Positions 48,417-57,288 of a stretch of 64,000 nucleotides of DNA are shown here, piece by piece. Positions within the stretch are counted from its first letter, which is position 1. Each line of letters begins with the position of its first letter. The position numbers were made by a program, and so were the translations under genes. This DNA is from Myxococcota bacterium (lineage in GTDB: Bacteria; Myxococcota_A; UBA796; GCA-2862545). The notes beneath the pieces are model-generated. The model worked only from the letters and a program-made list of their open reading frames with translations. It was not told where the DNA came from and did not search any database. The stretch covers positions 13,546 to 77,545 of the forward strand of contig JBCCQY010000022.1 of NCBI GenBank assembly GCA_039208735.1, in the 5' to 3' direction.

Positions 48417-49550
48417 TCAGCTCCGCAGGACCGCGTCGACCGCCTCGAGCGCCGACGCGACGGCCGTGTGCACCGCGCCCCAGTCGTCGAACGACGTGTA
48501 GGCGTCACCCGCGAAGAACACCCGTCCGCCCAGCGGCTTGGCGAGCGCACGAGAAATCGCGGGAGGAGCCCCATCGGCCAGATAGGCCGCCCCCACGAAG
48601 GGTTGCTGCGACCAGTCCCACACGAGGTGCCGAAGGTACGTGCGCGAGGCGATGCCGCCGAAGATCGTGTCGAGTTCCTTCAGGATGCTGCCCACGAGTG
48701 CGTCCTCGCCAAGTGCCGAGGCCCGTTCGGCCGGCGCGCCGACGGTGAACATCCCCAGTACGAAGTCCTGGGTGTCGTGTCCGTACGACGCGTCGTAGTA
48801 TAGGCGTTGCCCCGTGCTCTGAAAGCTGTCGGGAAACTCCAAGAACGTCGGAAAGAAGGGCTCGCGGAACGCCACGAAGGCCTTGAGTCCCGCCCAGACG
48901 GGAGCGGAGGCGATGCGCTCGCGGCGAGCCGTGGGGAGCGCAGGGACGAACGCGATGTCTCCTCGCTGCAGCACCGACAACGGCACCGTCACGACCACCC
49001 GGTCCGCCTCCCACACCTCGCCGCGCGTCCCGGTCACCCGGACCACGTCACCGCTCCAGTCAATTGCGGCGACCGGGCTGTCGAGGGTCGTCCTGGGGAG
49101 CACCTCGGGGACGACGTACCGCTCGAACACGTCGAACCAGCTCGCGTTCACGAAGCGCAGATCGTCGAACCGTCCGAGTTTCCCGACGTTGAGTTCGCCG
49201 TCGAAGAAGCCGTAGGGGTCATCGCGAGCGTAGCCGCGAAGCGCGATGTCGGTCCGGGCTGAGCGATCGGGGACGACGTCGTCGAGAACGCTCCGGCTGG
49301 CCGACAACCACTCCGCACCGAGCGAGATGGGGAAGTCGGCGAAGGTGCAGTCCACGGCCATCCGCCCCCCGACCGCGGAACTCGCCTCGACCACTCGAAC
49401 CTCGACGCCCTGCTCCACGAGCCGCCGCGCCATGGTGAGTCCGGCCGCCCCCGCACCGACCACGAGTACGCGCCCATCGAACGACCGCCGCGGTGTGCAT
49501 CCGAGGAGTCCACCCGCCAGGGCGAGCTTCAAGCTCTCTCGACGGCTCAT
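48417..49550 (-). CDS. Flavin monoamine oxidase family protein, Tat-exported (lipo)protein
   Basis: SRRESLK Tat motif and LLGC; GAGAAG, GGR, GAEW, FFAGDA. Confidence 0.85.
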   Translation of the reverse strand: MSRRESLKLALAGGLLGCTPRRSFDGRVLVVGAGAAGLTMARRLVEQGVEVRVVEASSAVGGRMAVDCTFADFPISLGAEWLSASRSVLDDVVPDRSARTDIALRGYARDDPYGFFDGELNVGKLGRFDDLRFVNASWFDVFERYVVPEVLPRTTLDSPVAAIDWSGDVVRVTGTRGEVWEADRVVVTVPLSVLQRGDIAFVPALPTARRERIASAPVWAGLKAFVAFREPFFPTFLEFPDSFQSTGQRLYYDASYGHDTQDFVLGMFTVGAPAERASALGEDALVGSILKELDTIFGGIASRTYLRHLVWDWSQQPFVGAAYLADGAPPAISRALAKPLGGRVFFAGDAYTSFDDWGAVHTAVASALEAVDAVLRS

Positions 49551-49759
49551 GTTCCCGGTTCGCTGTCCCGTCATCTTGCTCCTGGGTCCGTGCTGGTCCT
49601 CTTACACCCGCACCTTCGATGACAGAAATACGAACGCGACCGGTGCCTCGGCGTCGGCAATCGATGAAACGCTGGATTCCCTCGGTGAGCTGCACGGGAC
49701 GGTCGGTGGCCCACGGATAGCCGATCCCGGGTGGTTCGCCGCCCCTGGAGGAAATCCGC

Positions 49760-51436
49760 ATGCCATTGTTGCTCCGCTTCGTCGCCCTGGGGGCGTTCGT
49801 GTCGCTATCGGGCTGCTCCCGAGGCGACCGGTCTTCCGAGACCGCCGACACCACCGAGACCGGCCACACCACGGCCTCCTGCTCGAGCTTCACCGAGACC
49901 GAGTCGGCGGGGTTCGTGGTCACGTCACTCGGCGCGGTGCGGGGACAGCGACAGGACAACGGGGCTTGGTCGTTCCGCGGGATTCCCTTCGCCGAGCCGC
50001 CGACCGGTTCGCGGCGCTGGACCGCCCCCGAGCCCCTGACCTGCTTCCCCGACCAGCCTCTCGACGCCGACGCGCTCGGCGCCAAGTGCGCCCAGCGAAA
50101 CCTCTTCGGACAAGAGGAAGGCAGCGAGGACTGTCTCACCCTCAACGTGTGGGCACCCGAGAGTTACCGACGCGGCGACGCCCGACCCACCCTGGTCTAC
50201 ATCCACGGCGGAGCCAACACCTCGGGTTCGGCTGGAGATCGGCTCGACGCATCGGGCGCGCTGCTGTTCGACGGTCGCCATCTCGCAGCCGACCATGGCG
50301 CGGTGGTCGTGACCATCCAGTACCGGCTCGGACCGTTCGGGTTCCTCGCCCTTCCCGAGCTGTCCGAAGAGAATGGAGTGGCGGGGAACTACGCTCTGCT
50401 CGACCAGATCGCAGCCCTGCAGTGGGTCCGGGACCACATCGACGGGTTCGGAGGTGATCCGGAGCAGGTGATGGTCTTCGGGGAGTCCGCCGGCGGCTAC
50501 AACGTCTGCACCCTGCTCGCCACGCCCGCAGCGGAGGGTTTGTTCTCGAGCGCCATCGTGCAGTCGGGGAGCTGTGCGGCTGAGACGCTCGCAGTCGTCG
50601 AAGCCCAGCACTCCGAGGTGGTGGACCAGATCGCAGCGTGCCAGGGTAGCGACCCGCTCCTGTCCTGCCTGCGCGAACTCCCCCCGAGTGTCCTGCTCGG
50701 CGCGCTGCCGGGCAGCGTCGAGCTACCGGGCAGTCCTGACGACGGGCTCACCTACGGAGCCGTGATCGACGGGAAACTCGTGGCACAGGATCCCCTCGAG
50801 ATGCTGCGCGACGGGAGCCAGAACCCCGTGCCGCTCGTGGTCGGCTCCAACGCCGACGAAATGGAGATTCCCTTCCTGATTCCCCAAGACATCGTCGACG
50901 AAGCCGGCTACCGGGACTGGCTCGAGCAGACCACGACCACGTGGGGCCCGAAGGCCGCGGACACCCTGCAAGGCGCCTACCCTCTCGACGCCTTCGACTC
51001 ACCCCAGGACGCCATCGCGCAGGTGCTCACCGACCTGCTCTTCACCTGCCCGGCCCGGGACATCGTCCGCGCGTTCGCCGAAGGCCAGGCCGGCCGCCCC
51101 GAGCCGGTCCCGGTCTGGCGCTACCTGTTTTCCCGTCGCGCGAGGAACGCGAGCGGCGAGGTCTTACCTGCCATCCACACCGCCGAGCTGCGCTACGTGT
51201 TCGGCACCCTGGTCGATGGCGTGGACCCGGTGACGCCGATCGACGAGAGCCTGGCTCGGTCCATGGGCGCCCGGTGGGTGGGCCTCTCAGCCTCGGGCGA
51301 GCCGACCGCTTCGGTGCCCTGGCCCGAATACGAACTCGAGCGCGAGTCCTACCTCGAGTTCGGAGACAGCGAGCAGGTCGGCGACAAACTGCGAAACGCG
51401 CGATGCGACGCGTGGGCGACCGTCCGCGGGGGGTAG
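49760..51436 (+). CDS. Type-B carboxylesterase, lipoprotein
   Basis: LSGC lipobox, FRGIPFA.PP, EDCLTLNVW, HGG, GESAGG, and the catalytic His in HTAEL. Confidence 0.92.
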   Translation: MPLLLRFVALGAFVSLSGCSRGDRSSETADTTETGHTTASCSSFTETESAGFVVTSLGAVRGQRQDNGAWSFRGIPFAEPPTGSRRWTAPEPLTCFPDQPLDADALGAKCAQRNLFGQEEGSEDCLTLNVWAPESYRRGDARPTLVYIHGGANTSGSAGDRLDASGALLFDGRHLAADHGAVVVTIQYRLGPFGFLALPELSEENGVAGNYALLDQIAALQWVRDHIDGFGGDPEQVMVFGESAGGYNVCTLLATPAAEGLFSSAIVQSGSCAAETLAVVEAQHSEVVDQIAACQGSDPLLSCLRELPPSVLLGALPGSVELPGSPDDGLTYGAVIDGKLVAQDPLEMLRDGSQNPVPLVVGSNADEMEIPFLIPQDIVDEAGYRDWLEQTTTTWGPKAADTLQGAYPLDAFDSPQDAIAQVLTDLLFTCPARDIVRAFAEGQAGRPEPVPVWRYLFSRRARNASGEVLPAIHTAELRYVFGTLVDGVDPVTPIDESLARSMGARWVGLSASGEPTASVPWPEYELERESYLEFGDSEQVGDKLRNARCDAWATVRGG

Positions 51437-52461
51437 TCGACTGGCCGCACCGGAATGGTGAGGCGCGCTCGGACTTCGCCCCGCACTTCCTCGAGCTGGA
51501 GCCTCGCCTCCGCCCCGAACAGCTCGCGCAGGCGCGCCCGGAGGTTCGACAACCCCACCCCGGCTCCGGGTCGCCGGCTCGACCCCAGCGTTCCGCCATT
51601 CGTCACGTCGAGCCGCAGCTCGCCGCCTCGTCTCCACGCCTGGATCCGCACGTGACGAACGCCGTCTGCGGTGCGCCGAGCATGCTTGATCGCGTTCTCG
51701 ACCAGCGTCTGGAGCGCCATCCAGGGCAGCCGTGCCGTCTCGGCGTCGGGGTCGACGGCCATCGTCACGCGGAGCCCCCGCTCCCAGCGGGCCTGCTCCA
51801 GGGCGAGGTAGGGTCGCAGCAGGCGGAGTTCGTCCGCCAGTGTGACCAGCTCTCCCGGCGGGGGCGTGAGGGCGCCGTGCAGAAGCGACGAGAGATCGAC
51901 GAGCAGCGCCTGAGCACGTCGTGGTTCCTCGTCGACCACGCTCGAGATCGTGTTGATCGCGTTGAACAGGAAGTGTGGATGCAGCTGCTGACGAAGCAGG
52001 GCGAGGGACATCTGCACCGACTGGGACTCCGCCTCGACCGCAATCCGCTGAGCTCTCTCCCGCAGCACCTGCTGCTCGAGCAGCAGATGTCCGAGTGCCC
52101 ACGCCGCGAGGTTCATCGCCATCAGAACCATGGTCTCGAGCAGTGCCTGCGCCGTCCGCAACGGCGGGGTGGGCTCGACGGGCCACGCGCGTATGAGAAC
52201 GACTAACCCGACGAAGAACAGCGGAGTGCCCAGGGCCACGAGCAGCACGAACCGACCCACCAGCTGCCGCCGAAAGCCCGGCCACCGTCGCCCAAGCGCC
52301 GCATCGACCGCGTGCAATAGCGCGCTCGCTCCGAAGCCCGCGAGCCCCCACTCCAAGCAGAGGAGCGCGCGCCCGAGTGGCTCGAGGTCGTCAGCCATGA
52401 ACATCGAGAGCCCGAGCCCCGCCATCCCCCAGACCCACACGTGCATCCACAGGGCGGTCAT
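51349..52461 (-). CDS. LytS-type sensor histidine kinase
   Basis: Four TM segments; QLHPHFLFNAIN, QTLVENAIKH, GVGLSNLRARL. Overlaps the 3' end of the convergent esterase by 88 bp. Confidence 0.9.
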   Translation of the reverse strand: MTALWMHVWVWGMAGLGLSMFMADDLEPLGRALLCLEWGLAGFGASALLHAVDAALGRRWPGFRRQLVGRFVLLVALGTPLFFVGLVVLIRAWPVEPTPPLRTAQALLETMVLMAMNLAAWALGHLLLEQQVLRERAQRIAVEAESQSVQMSLALLRQQLHPHFLFNAINTISSVVDEEPRRAQALLVDLSSLLHGALTPPPGELVTLADELRLLRPYLALEQARWERGLRVTMAVDPDAETARLPWMALQTLVENAIKHARRTADGVRHVRIQAWRRGGELRLDVTNGGTLGSSRRPGAGVGLSNLRARLRELFGAEARLQLEEVRGEVRARLTIPVRPVDYPPRTVAHASHRAFRSLSPTCSLSPNSR

Positions 52462-53168
52462 CGCGCCGCCTCCCCCGAGCCAGGCCGAATCCGCTCCCGG
52501 ATCATCCGGGCGGCCGCTCGACTGACCTTCACCGGACGCGCCACGCGCGGGAGCTGCAGGGAATAGGTGCCGCGAGCACTCCGATCGAGCCGCACGATCG
52601 CCTCGATTCGGACCAACGAGCTGCGGTGGACCCGCGAGAACGCCTCGCTCAAACGGGCTTCCCAGGCGTACATCGGCACCTCGACCAGCTCCGAAGTACC
52701 GTCATCGAGCCAGACCTCCGTGTAGTCGCCTTGCCCGAGCACGCACACGATCTGGGCCTCAGAGACGAATCGCACGGCGCCGGGCGCCACTTGCAGCGCA
52801 TGAACCGGCGACGACTCCACCGCCTCGAGACGTTTGAGCGCCCGCGCGAGACGCGCAGGGTCGACCGGCTTCACGAGGTAGTCGACCGCCGACAGCTCGA
52901 AGGCCTCGACCGCATAGTCGCGATGTGCGGTCACGAACACCACCGGGGGGCCCGACTGCAGCAGCTCTCCGAGCACCAGTCCACTCCTCCCGGGCAGATG
53001 AACGTCGAGGAACACGGCATCGAACGAGTTCCGCTCGAGCAGAAAGACCGCCTGTTCGACGTCCTCCGCCGCGCTGATCTGCAGAGTGGGACAAGCATCG
53101 AGCAGCAGACGCCGCAGGTAACGGCGGGCGGGTGGCTCGTCTTCGACCAAGAGCATGCGTTGCAACAC
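52458..53168 (-). CDS. LytTR family response regulator
   Basis: LVEDE, FLDVHLP, FVTAH, DYLVKP, FSRVHRS..V, VSR. The real start is near 53168, not 54104. Confidence 0.9.
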   Translation of the reverse strand: MLQRMLLVEDEPPARRYLRRLLLDACPTLQISAAEDVEQAVFLLERNSFDAVFLDVHLPGRSGLVLGELLQSGPPVVFVTAHRDYAVEAFELSAVDYLVKPVDPARLARALKRLEAVESSPVHALQVAPGAVRFVSEAQIVCVLGQGDYTEVWLDDGTSELVEVPMYAWEARLSEAFSRVHRSSLVRIEAIVRLDRSARGTYSLQLPRVARPVKVSRAAARMIRERIRPGSGEAAR

Positions 53169-53280
53169 GACGGGGATCCTCAAGACACTGACACCCCGCC
53201 GAGCCCCGATCCGCCACCATCGGATCTCGCTACACGTGACACGGTGGTGGCGGCTGCTGCCTCGAGGCGTCTCGCGGCTC

Positions 53281-53444
53281 GTTGTCAGGCGAGCCCATGA
53301 GGAACGTGCCCGGCCCCACCCACCGCAGCGTCCGAACTCGTCGACGCCAGCATCAGCGAAGCCAACGGCCGCGGCGAGGCGCCGTCGGTCCGCCGCGCAG
53401 CCGTCGACGCACGCGTCCCGGAGTGCCTCGATGTCTGCGTTCAC
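53281..53444 (-). pseudogene. Truncated 5' copy of the FGE-domain gene (copy C)
   Basis: Near-identical to 54122-54322 except for a net ~37-bp deletion; starts at a GTGA overlap with the stop of the intact copy. Confidence 0.85.
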
Positions 53445-54322
53445 GGGGCCTCCGTCTGGCCCGCCGAGCTCCGCTCGCGGCTCGTCGGCTCCGCCTCCGG
53501 CCTGGCTCCGTTGGGCGTGGGACCTCCAGCCAAGCGAAACCCCAGGTCCGCGCTCCGGATGCCCGGGGGGTTGGCGAGCCGGGACGCCGCCCGCAGGTAG
53601 CGAGCGTCGTAGCCCCAGCTGCCTCCACGGCACACCCGCTCGTCGCCTGCCGTCATCACAGGATCCAGTCGCGGGGCTCCCGAGTAGGGAGCAAGCTTCC
53701 GCACCGCGTCCTGGCACCACTCCCACACATTGCCGAGCGTGTCGTAGAGTCCCCAGGAGTTGGCTCGAAGCTGGGCCACCGGCCTTGAGCGTCTCCCGCT
53801 GTTGCTCGCGTACCAGGCGACCTCGTCCACGGGTCCGTAGGTCGGAGTCGACGCGCCCGCCCGACACGCGTACTCCCACTCCGCTTCGGTAGGAAGCCGA
53901 GCCATCAGGCCCGGGCACAGCGCTTCGAGCGCTCGGCAGAAGCCACTGCAGTCGTGCCAGTTCACCCACTCGATGGGATGCTCGGGACCCTGCAACTGGC
54001 TCGGGTTGCTGCCCATGACCGCAGCCCATAAGACCTGCGCCACCGGCGTCTCGCCCAGCCAGAAGCCTCGAGTCAACCTCACCTTGTGCTGGGGGCCTTC
54101 GCACTCGAACCGCCCCCGCTCGTTGTCAGGTGAGCCCATGAGGAACGTGCCCGGCTCCACCCACCGCAGGCGATGCGTCACCTCCTCGACCGCAAGCTCA
54201 CCCCACAGCCCGAACTCGTCGACGCCAGCATCGGCGAAGCCAACGGCCGCGGCGAGGCGCCGTCGGTCTGCCGTGCTGCCGTCAACGCACGCGTCCCGGA
54301 GTACCTCGATGTCTGCGTTCAC
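53441..54322 (-). CDS. Formylglycine-generating enzyme (FGE-sulfatase/CLec fold) domain protein (copy B, intact)
   Basis: PGTFLMGSP, RLPTEAEWEYACRAG, NSWGLYDTLGNVWEWC.D, RGGSW, DLGFRL. Confidence 0.92.
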   Translation of the reverse strand: MNADIEVLRDACVDGSTADRRRLAAAVGFADAGVDEFGLWGELAVEEVTHRLRWVEPGTFLMGSPDNERGRFECEGPQHKVRLTRGFWLGETPVAQVLWAAVMGSNPSQLQGPEHPIEWVNWHDCSGFCRALEALCPGLMARLPTEAEWEYACRAGASTPTYGPVDEVAWYASNSGRRSRPVAQLRANSWGLYDTLGNVWEWCQDAVRKLAPYSGAPRLDPVMTAGDERVCRGGSWGYDARYLRAASRLANPPGIRSADLGFRLAGGPTPNGARPEAEPTSRERSSAGQTEAP

Positions 54323-54605
54323 GGGTCCTCCGGCCTAGCTCCGCTGGGCGCTCGCAGGTTGCGAGCGCCGCTGCTCCAGCCGCCTCCGCGGTATACCCGC
54401 TCGTCGCCTGTAGTCGCGTCGGGAACCACTCCCGCAGCCCTGAGTAGGGAACGAGCAGCGTCGCCGCGTCCTGACACCACTCCCACACATTGCCGCGCCT
54501 GTCGTAGAGCCCCCAAAGGTTCGCTCGAAGCTGGGCCACCGGACGCGGCTGCATTCCGCTGTTGTCCGCGTACCAGCCGATCTCGTCCAGGGGTCCGTAG
54601 GTCGC
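54319..54605 (-). pseudogene. Degenerate 3' half of a further FGE-domain gene (copy A)
   Basis: TYGPLDEIGWY...NLWGLYD..GNVWEWCQD...RVYRGG. Deletions of about 45 and 70 bp relative to 53441-53845 remove GFRL. Confidence 0.85.
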
Positions 54606-54654
54606 ATCGGCAACGAGGAAGCCTTGGTAGCCGTCGGGCGACCGCCAGGGATGC

Positions 54655-54877
54655 CGCTGCGCCAAGTTGATAGCGGCGTTGTGGTCACGGTCGTCCGCAC
54701 GAAAACGTACGTTAGGCCAGCGGAAGCTTCGGCCCCACGTGGCCGCAGTGACTGCAGCGACGGGTGCTGGGGAAGTCCTGCGGGGCCCCGGGTCGATGGA
54801 TGAAGCGAGAGCGTCTGCAGGTTCACGGTGAGCTTCCATCGCCCGCCATCGTGAACGACCGTGACGAACCGCACGCC
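54655..54877 (-). mobile_element. tnpB: Relic of an IS200/IS605/IS607-type tnpB gene (internally deleted pseudogene)
   Basis: Pieces across frames: VRFVTVVHDGGRWKLTV; FPSTRRCSHCGHVGPKLPLA*RTFSCG; DRDHNAAINL. These match the TnpB zinc ribbon and RuvC-III motifs. Confidence 0.8.
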
Positions 54878-54879
54878 CC

Positions 54880-56520
54880 TTAGCGTGCGATGACTTCCGC
54901 TGGGCCCACCAGCGCGAGGTTGGCCATCGGCAGACGCACCTCCGCATCGCCCAGGGACGCGGGAGCGTTGAGCGCGCCGCCCGCCCGCTCATACAAGAAG
55001 TGCGTTCCTGCCACCACGAGTTCGAGCGCTTCGCCCGGCTCGAGCCGGGTCACGACGGTGCCCAGTTCAACATCGAGCCGCCCCTCGTACCGTCCGGTCT
55101 GGGCGCCGAGGACCTGATCGTTGACGACATAGCGGGCGTCTTTCGTGTCGACGACGAGGGAAGCGACGAAGAGTTCGTCCTGGCCTGGAGGAACGTCAGC
55201 GGCGAACGACACCGTACCTGTGATCAGGGTGGGCTCGGTCGCGGTGAACAGGGGCAAGCGGACCTCTCCATTGTCTTGGGGAATCTCAATCTCGCCGAGT
55301 GAGAACGTGTCGATTCGGTCGTGGACAGGCCACGCGTCCGACCGTACGCATCCTTGTTGCTCGATGGGCAACAGTACGCGCGGAACCTCGTCTAGCCGGG
55401 CGCGGGCTTCGTCGTCTTGGCCCACGAAGGCATCGAGGAAGAGCATGACCAGATCGCCATCGAGGAATCGACCGAGCCCCTCATCGAAGCCAGGCGTGTA
55501 CAGGTCGGCGCACTGATTGGGACGCTCCCGATCCGGAGCACCTTCGCCAAATCCTCGCTGTTCGAAGGGATCAAAAAACGGGGCGTTCATGCCAACGATC
55601 CAAGTTTCGTCGCGCGGCGTGCCCAGCGACCGCCAGGTTCGCACCACCGCGCGCAGGCCACCCGCGATCTGGTCCGTGATCGGTTGGACGAACATCGTGG
55701 GGACCTGGACGTCATCGACGAAGCGAGGCGTGTCCGAGGACTCCCAGACCTCGCGGAGCGCGTCGTCCACGAGAAAGCTTGACGACGCCTCATCGATCGA
55801 TGGAAGGAGCGCAGGGTCGAAGCGAACGCCGAGATCTTGGGAGAAGCCGAGGAAGAGTCTGGCCCAGAATGCGCGAGGAGCTCCGTTGGGGATGAAGATG
55901 TCCTCGAGCACCGAGCCGTAGGCGACGTAGGGCATCACAGCATCGATTCGGGGATCGGTCGCGGTGACGAGGAGCGACAGGTGGCCCCCACCACCGTTGC
56001 CAAACGTTCCGACACGTAGGTCTTTGGGGACGCCCGTGTCGGGTTCGCGCAGAGCCCAGTCGACGTTGTCGTAGACCCAGTCGAGGACCCGCATCGCGTC
56101 GACGTCTTCAATGCCAGGACGGGCGGCACCGCTGGTCACGCCGCCACTCTCACCGATGATGCCGCGTTGATCCACGCTTACGAAGCCGTAGCCGCGCTCG
56201 AGGTAGACCATCGCGTCCTCGAGTTCGTTGGTGCGAAACTCGGGGTAGCCGTGGTTCCACAGGATGAGCGGAGCGGGAATCGCTGCACAGACGTCAGCCG
56301 GCCGGAATACCGAAAACACGAGTTCCACACCATCATCGGCGATGATCCGATGGTCGGTGACGAGCGGCTCTGTGGGCGTGTCGGAGGGACATGAAGCGGG
56401 GACCGCCGGATCGGCCTCCGGCGCCTGGGCCCGACAGCCCATCGCGATCGATGCGGTCAACACTGCCCGTCCGAGGGTTCCACCCGCAAGCCATACGTTC
56501 GGTCTCTCATGTCGAGTCAC
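54880..56520 (-). CDS. CocE/NonD (peptidase S15-like) alpha/beta hydrolase homolog, lipoprotein, lacking the nucleophile Ser
   Basis: AMGC lipobox, HG, DQRG..GESGG, DPRIDA..P; the elbow reads GTFGNGGGG. GTG start assumed. Confidence 0.75.
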   Translation of the reverse strand: MTRHERPNVWLAGGTLGRAVLTASIAMGCRAQAPEADPAVPASCPSDTPTEPLVTDHRIIADDGVELVFSVFRPADVCAAIPAPLILWNHGYPEFRTNELEDAMVYLERGYGFVSVDQRGIIGESGGVTSGAARPGIEDVDAMRVLDWVYDNVDWALREPDTGVPKDLRVGTFGNGGGGHLSLLVTATDPRIDAVMPYVAYGSVLEDIFIPNGAPRAFWARLFLGFSQDLGVRFDPALLPSIDEASSSFLVDDALREVWESSDTPRFVDDVQVPTMFVQPITDQIAGGLRAVVRTWRSLGTPRDETWIVGMNAPFFDPFEQRGFGEGAPDRERPNQCADLYTPGFDEGLGRFLDGDLVMLFLDAFVGQDDEARARLDEVPRVLLPIEQQGCVRSDAWPVHDRIDTFSLGEIEIPQDNGEVRLPLFTATEPTLITGTVSFAADVPPGQDELFVASLVVDTKDARYVVNDQVLGAQTGRYEGRLDVELGTVVTRLEPGEALELVVAGTHFLYERAGGALNAPASLGDAEVRLPMANLALVGPAEVIAR

Positions 56521-56540
56521 AGCGACCCCCAAGCTTGGAT

Positions 56541-56566
56541 TAACATACCATCTAGACGGTATGTTA
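56541..56566. promoter_or_regulatory. 26-bp palindromic operator (probable TetR site)
   Basis: TAACATACC-ATCTAGAC-GGTATGTTA, one mismatched pair, between the divergent hydrolase and tetR genes. Confidence 0.8.
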
Positions 56567-56586
56567 TCCCGAGCTATGTAGGGGCG

Positions 56587-57201
56587 GTGAAAGACCCATC
56601 GCAGCGGCGCCCGCAGGCTGAGCGGCGGCGCGAGACCCAGCGCAAGCTCATCAACGCTGTCGTGCGCTGCCTCGACGAAATTGGCTACGCGCAGACGACC
56701 CTCGCCGCGGTGCAAGCGGCAGCCGGGCTGTCCCGCGGTGCGCTCCTCCATCACTTCCCCAACAAGCAGGCGCTGATCGCCGCGACAGCTGAATCGATCC
56801 TCGGCTCGGCCCTTGAGGTCGCTCGCGATGGGCAACCCTGGCGAGGGGCGCGCAGCATCGAGGCGCTGCTAGTGGACTACTGGCGAACGGTGGCGAACAC
56901 CCCACGGGGGCGGGCCTATGTCGAGATCATGAGTGCTTGCCGCACCGATGCCGAGTTGCGCGAAGCTGTGACCGAGGTGGTCGCGGATTGGGAACCGGGC
57001 CTCACGCTGGCTGCGCTCGAGCGCTTTATCGGCCGGCGATTCGCACAGGCGCCAGAAGACGTCAAAACGCTGTGGCGAATCTGCAACTCGTTCCTGCGCG
57101 GGCTGCTCCTCGATCCGGCCCTCGATCCTGAGCGCGCAGAGCGCCAGATTCGCCTCTTTGCGAAGGTCCTGGTCTCGCATCATCACGTCGTCGACGACTG
57201 A
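56587..57201 (+). CDS. TetR/AcrR family transcriptional regulator
   Basis: GYAQTT...V...AGLSRGALLHHFPNK HTH. Confidence 0.92.
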   Translation: MKDPSQRRPQAERRRETQRKLINAVVRCLDEIGYAQTTLAAVQAAAGLSRGALLHHFPNKQALIAATAESILGSALEVARDGQPWRGARSIEALLVDYWRTVANTPRGRAYVEIMSACRTDAELREAVTEVVADWEPGLTLAALERFIGRRFAQAPEDVKTLWRICNSFLRGLLLDPALDPERAERQIRLFAKVLVSHHHVVDD

Positions 57202-57288
57202 CACGGGCGCATTTTCTCTGAGCGCGCCATGTTGAATATCGTTATCAACAAGCGCGGATGACCCCACAGCAGCGAAGGCGAGGCCGGG

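Noticed and set aside
52458..54104. 548-aa ORF as an FGE-LytTR fusion protein
   Set aside because: The extension runs out of frame through FGE copy B and through the copy C fragment by chance. The regulator has its own RBS and start near 53168.
53441..54605. Diversity-generating retroelement (VR/TR pair in the FGE gene)
   Set aside because: Mismatches between copies A and B are not confined to adenines of either copy, they include large deletions, and there is no reverse transcriptase or avd gene in the window.
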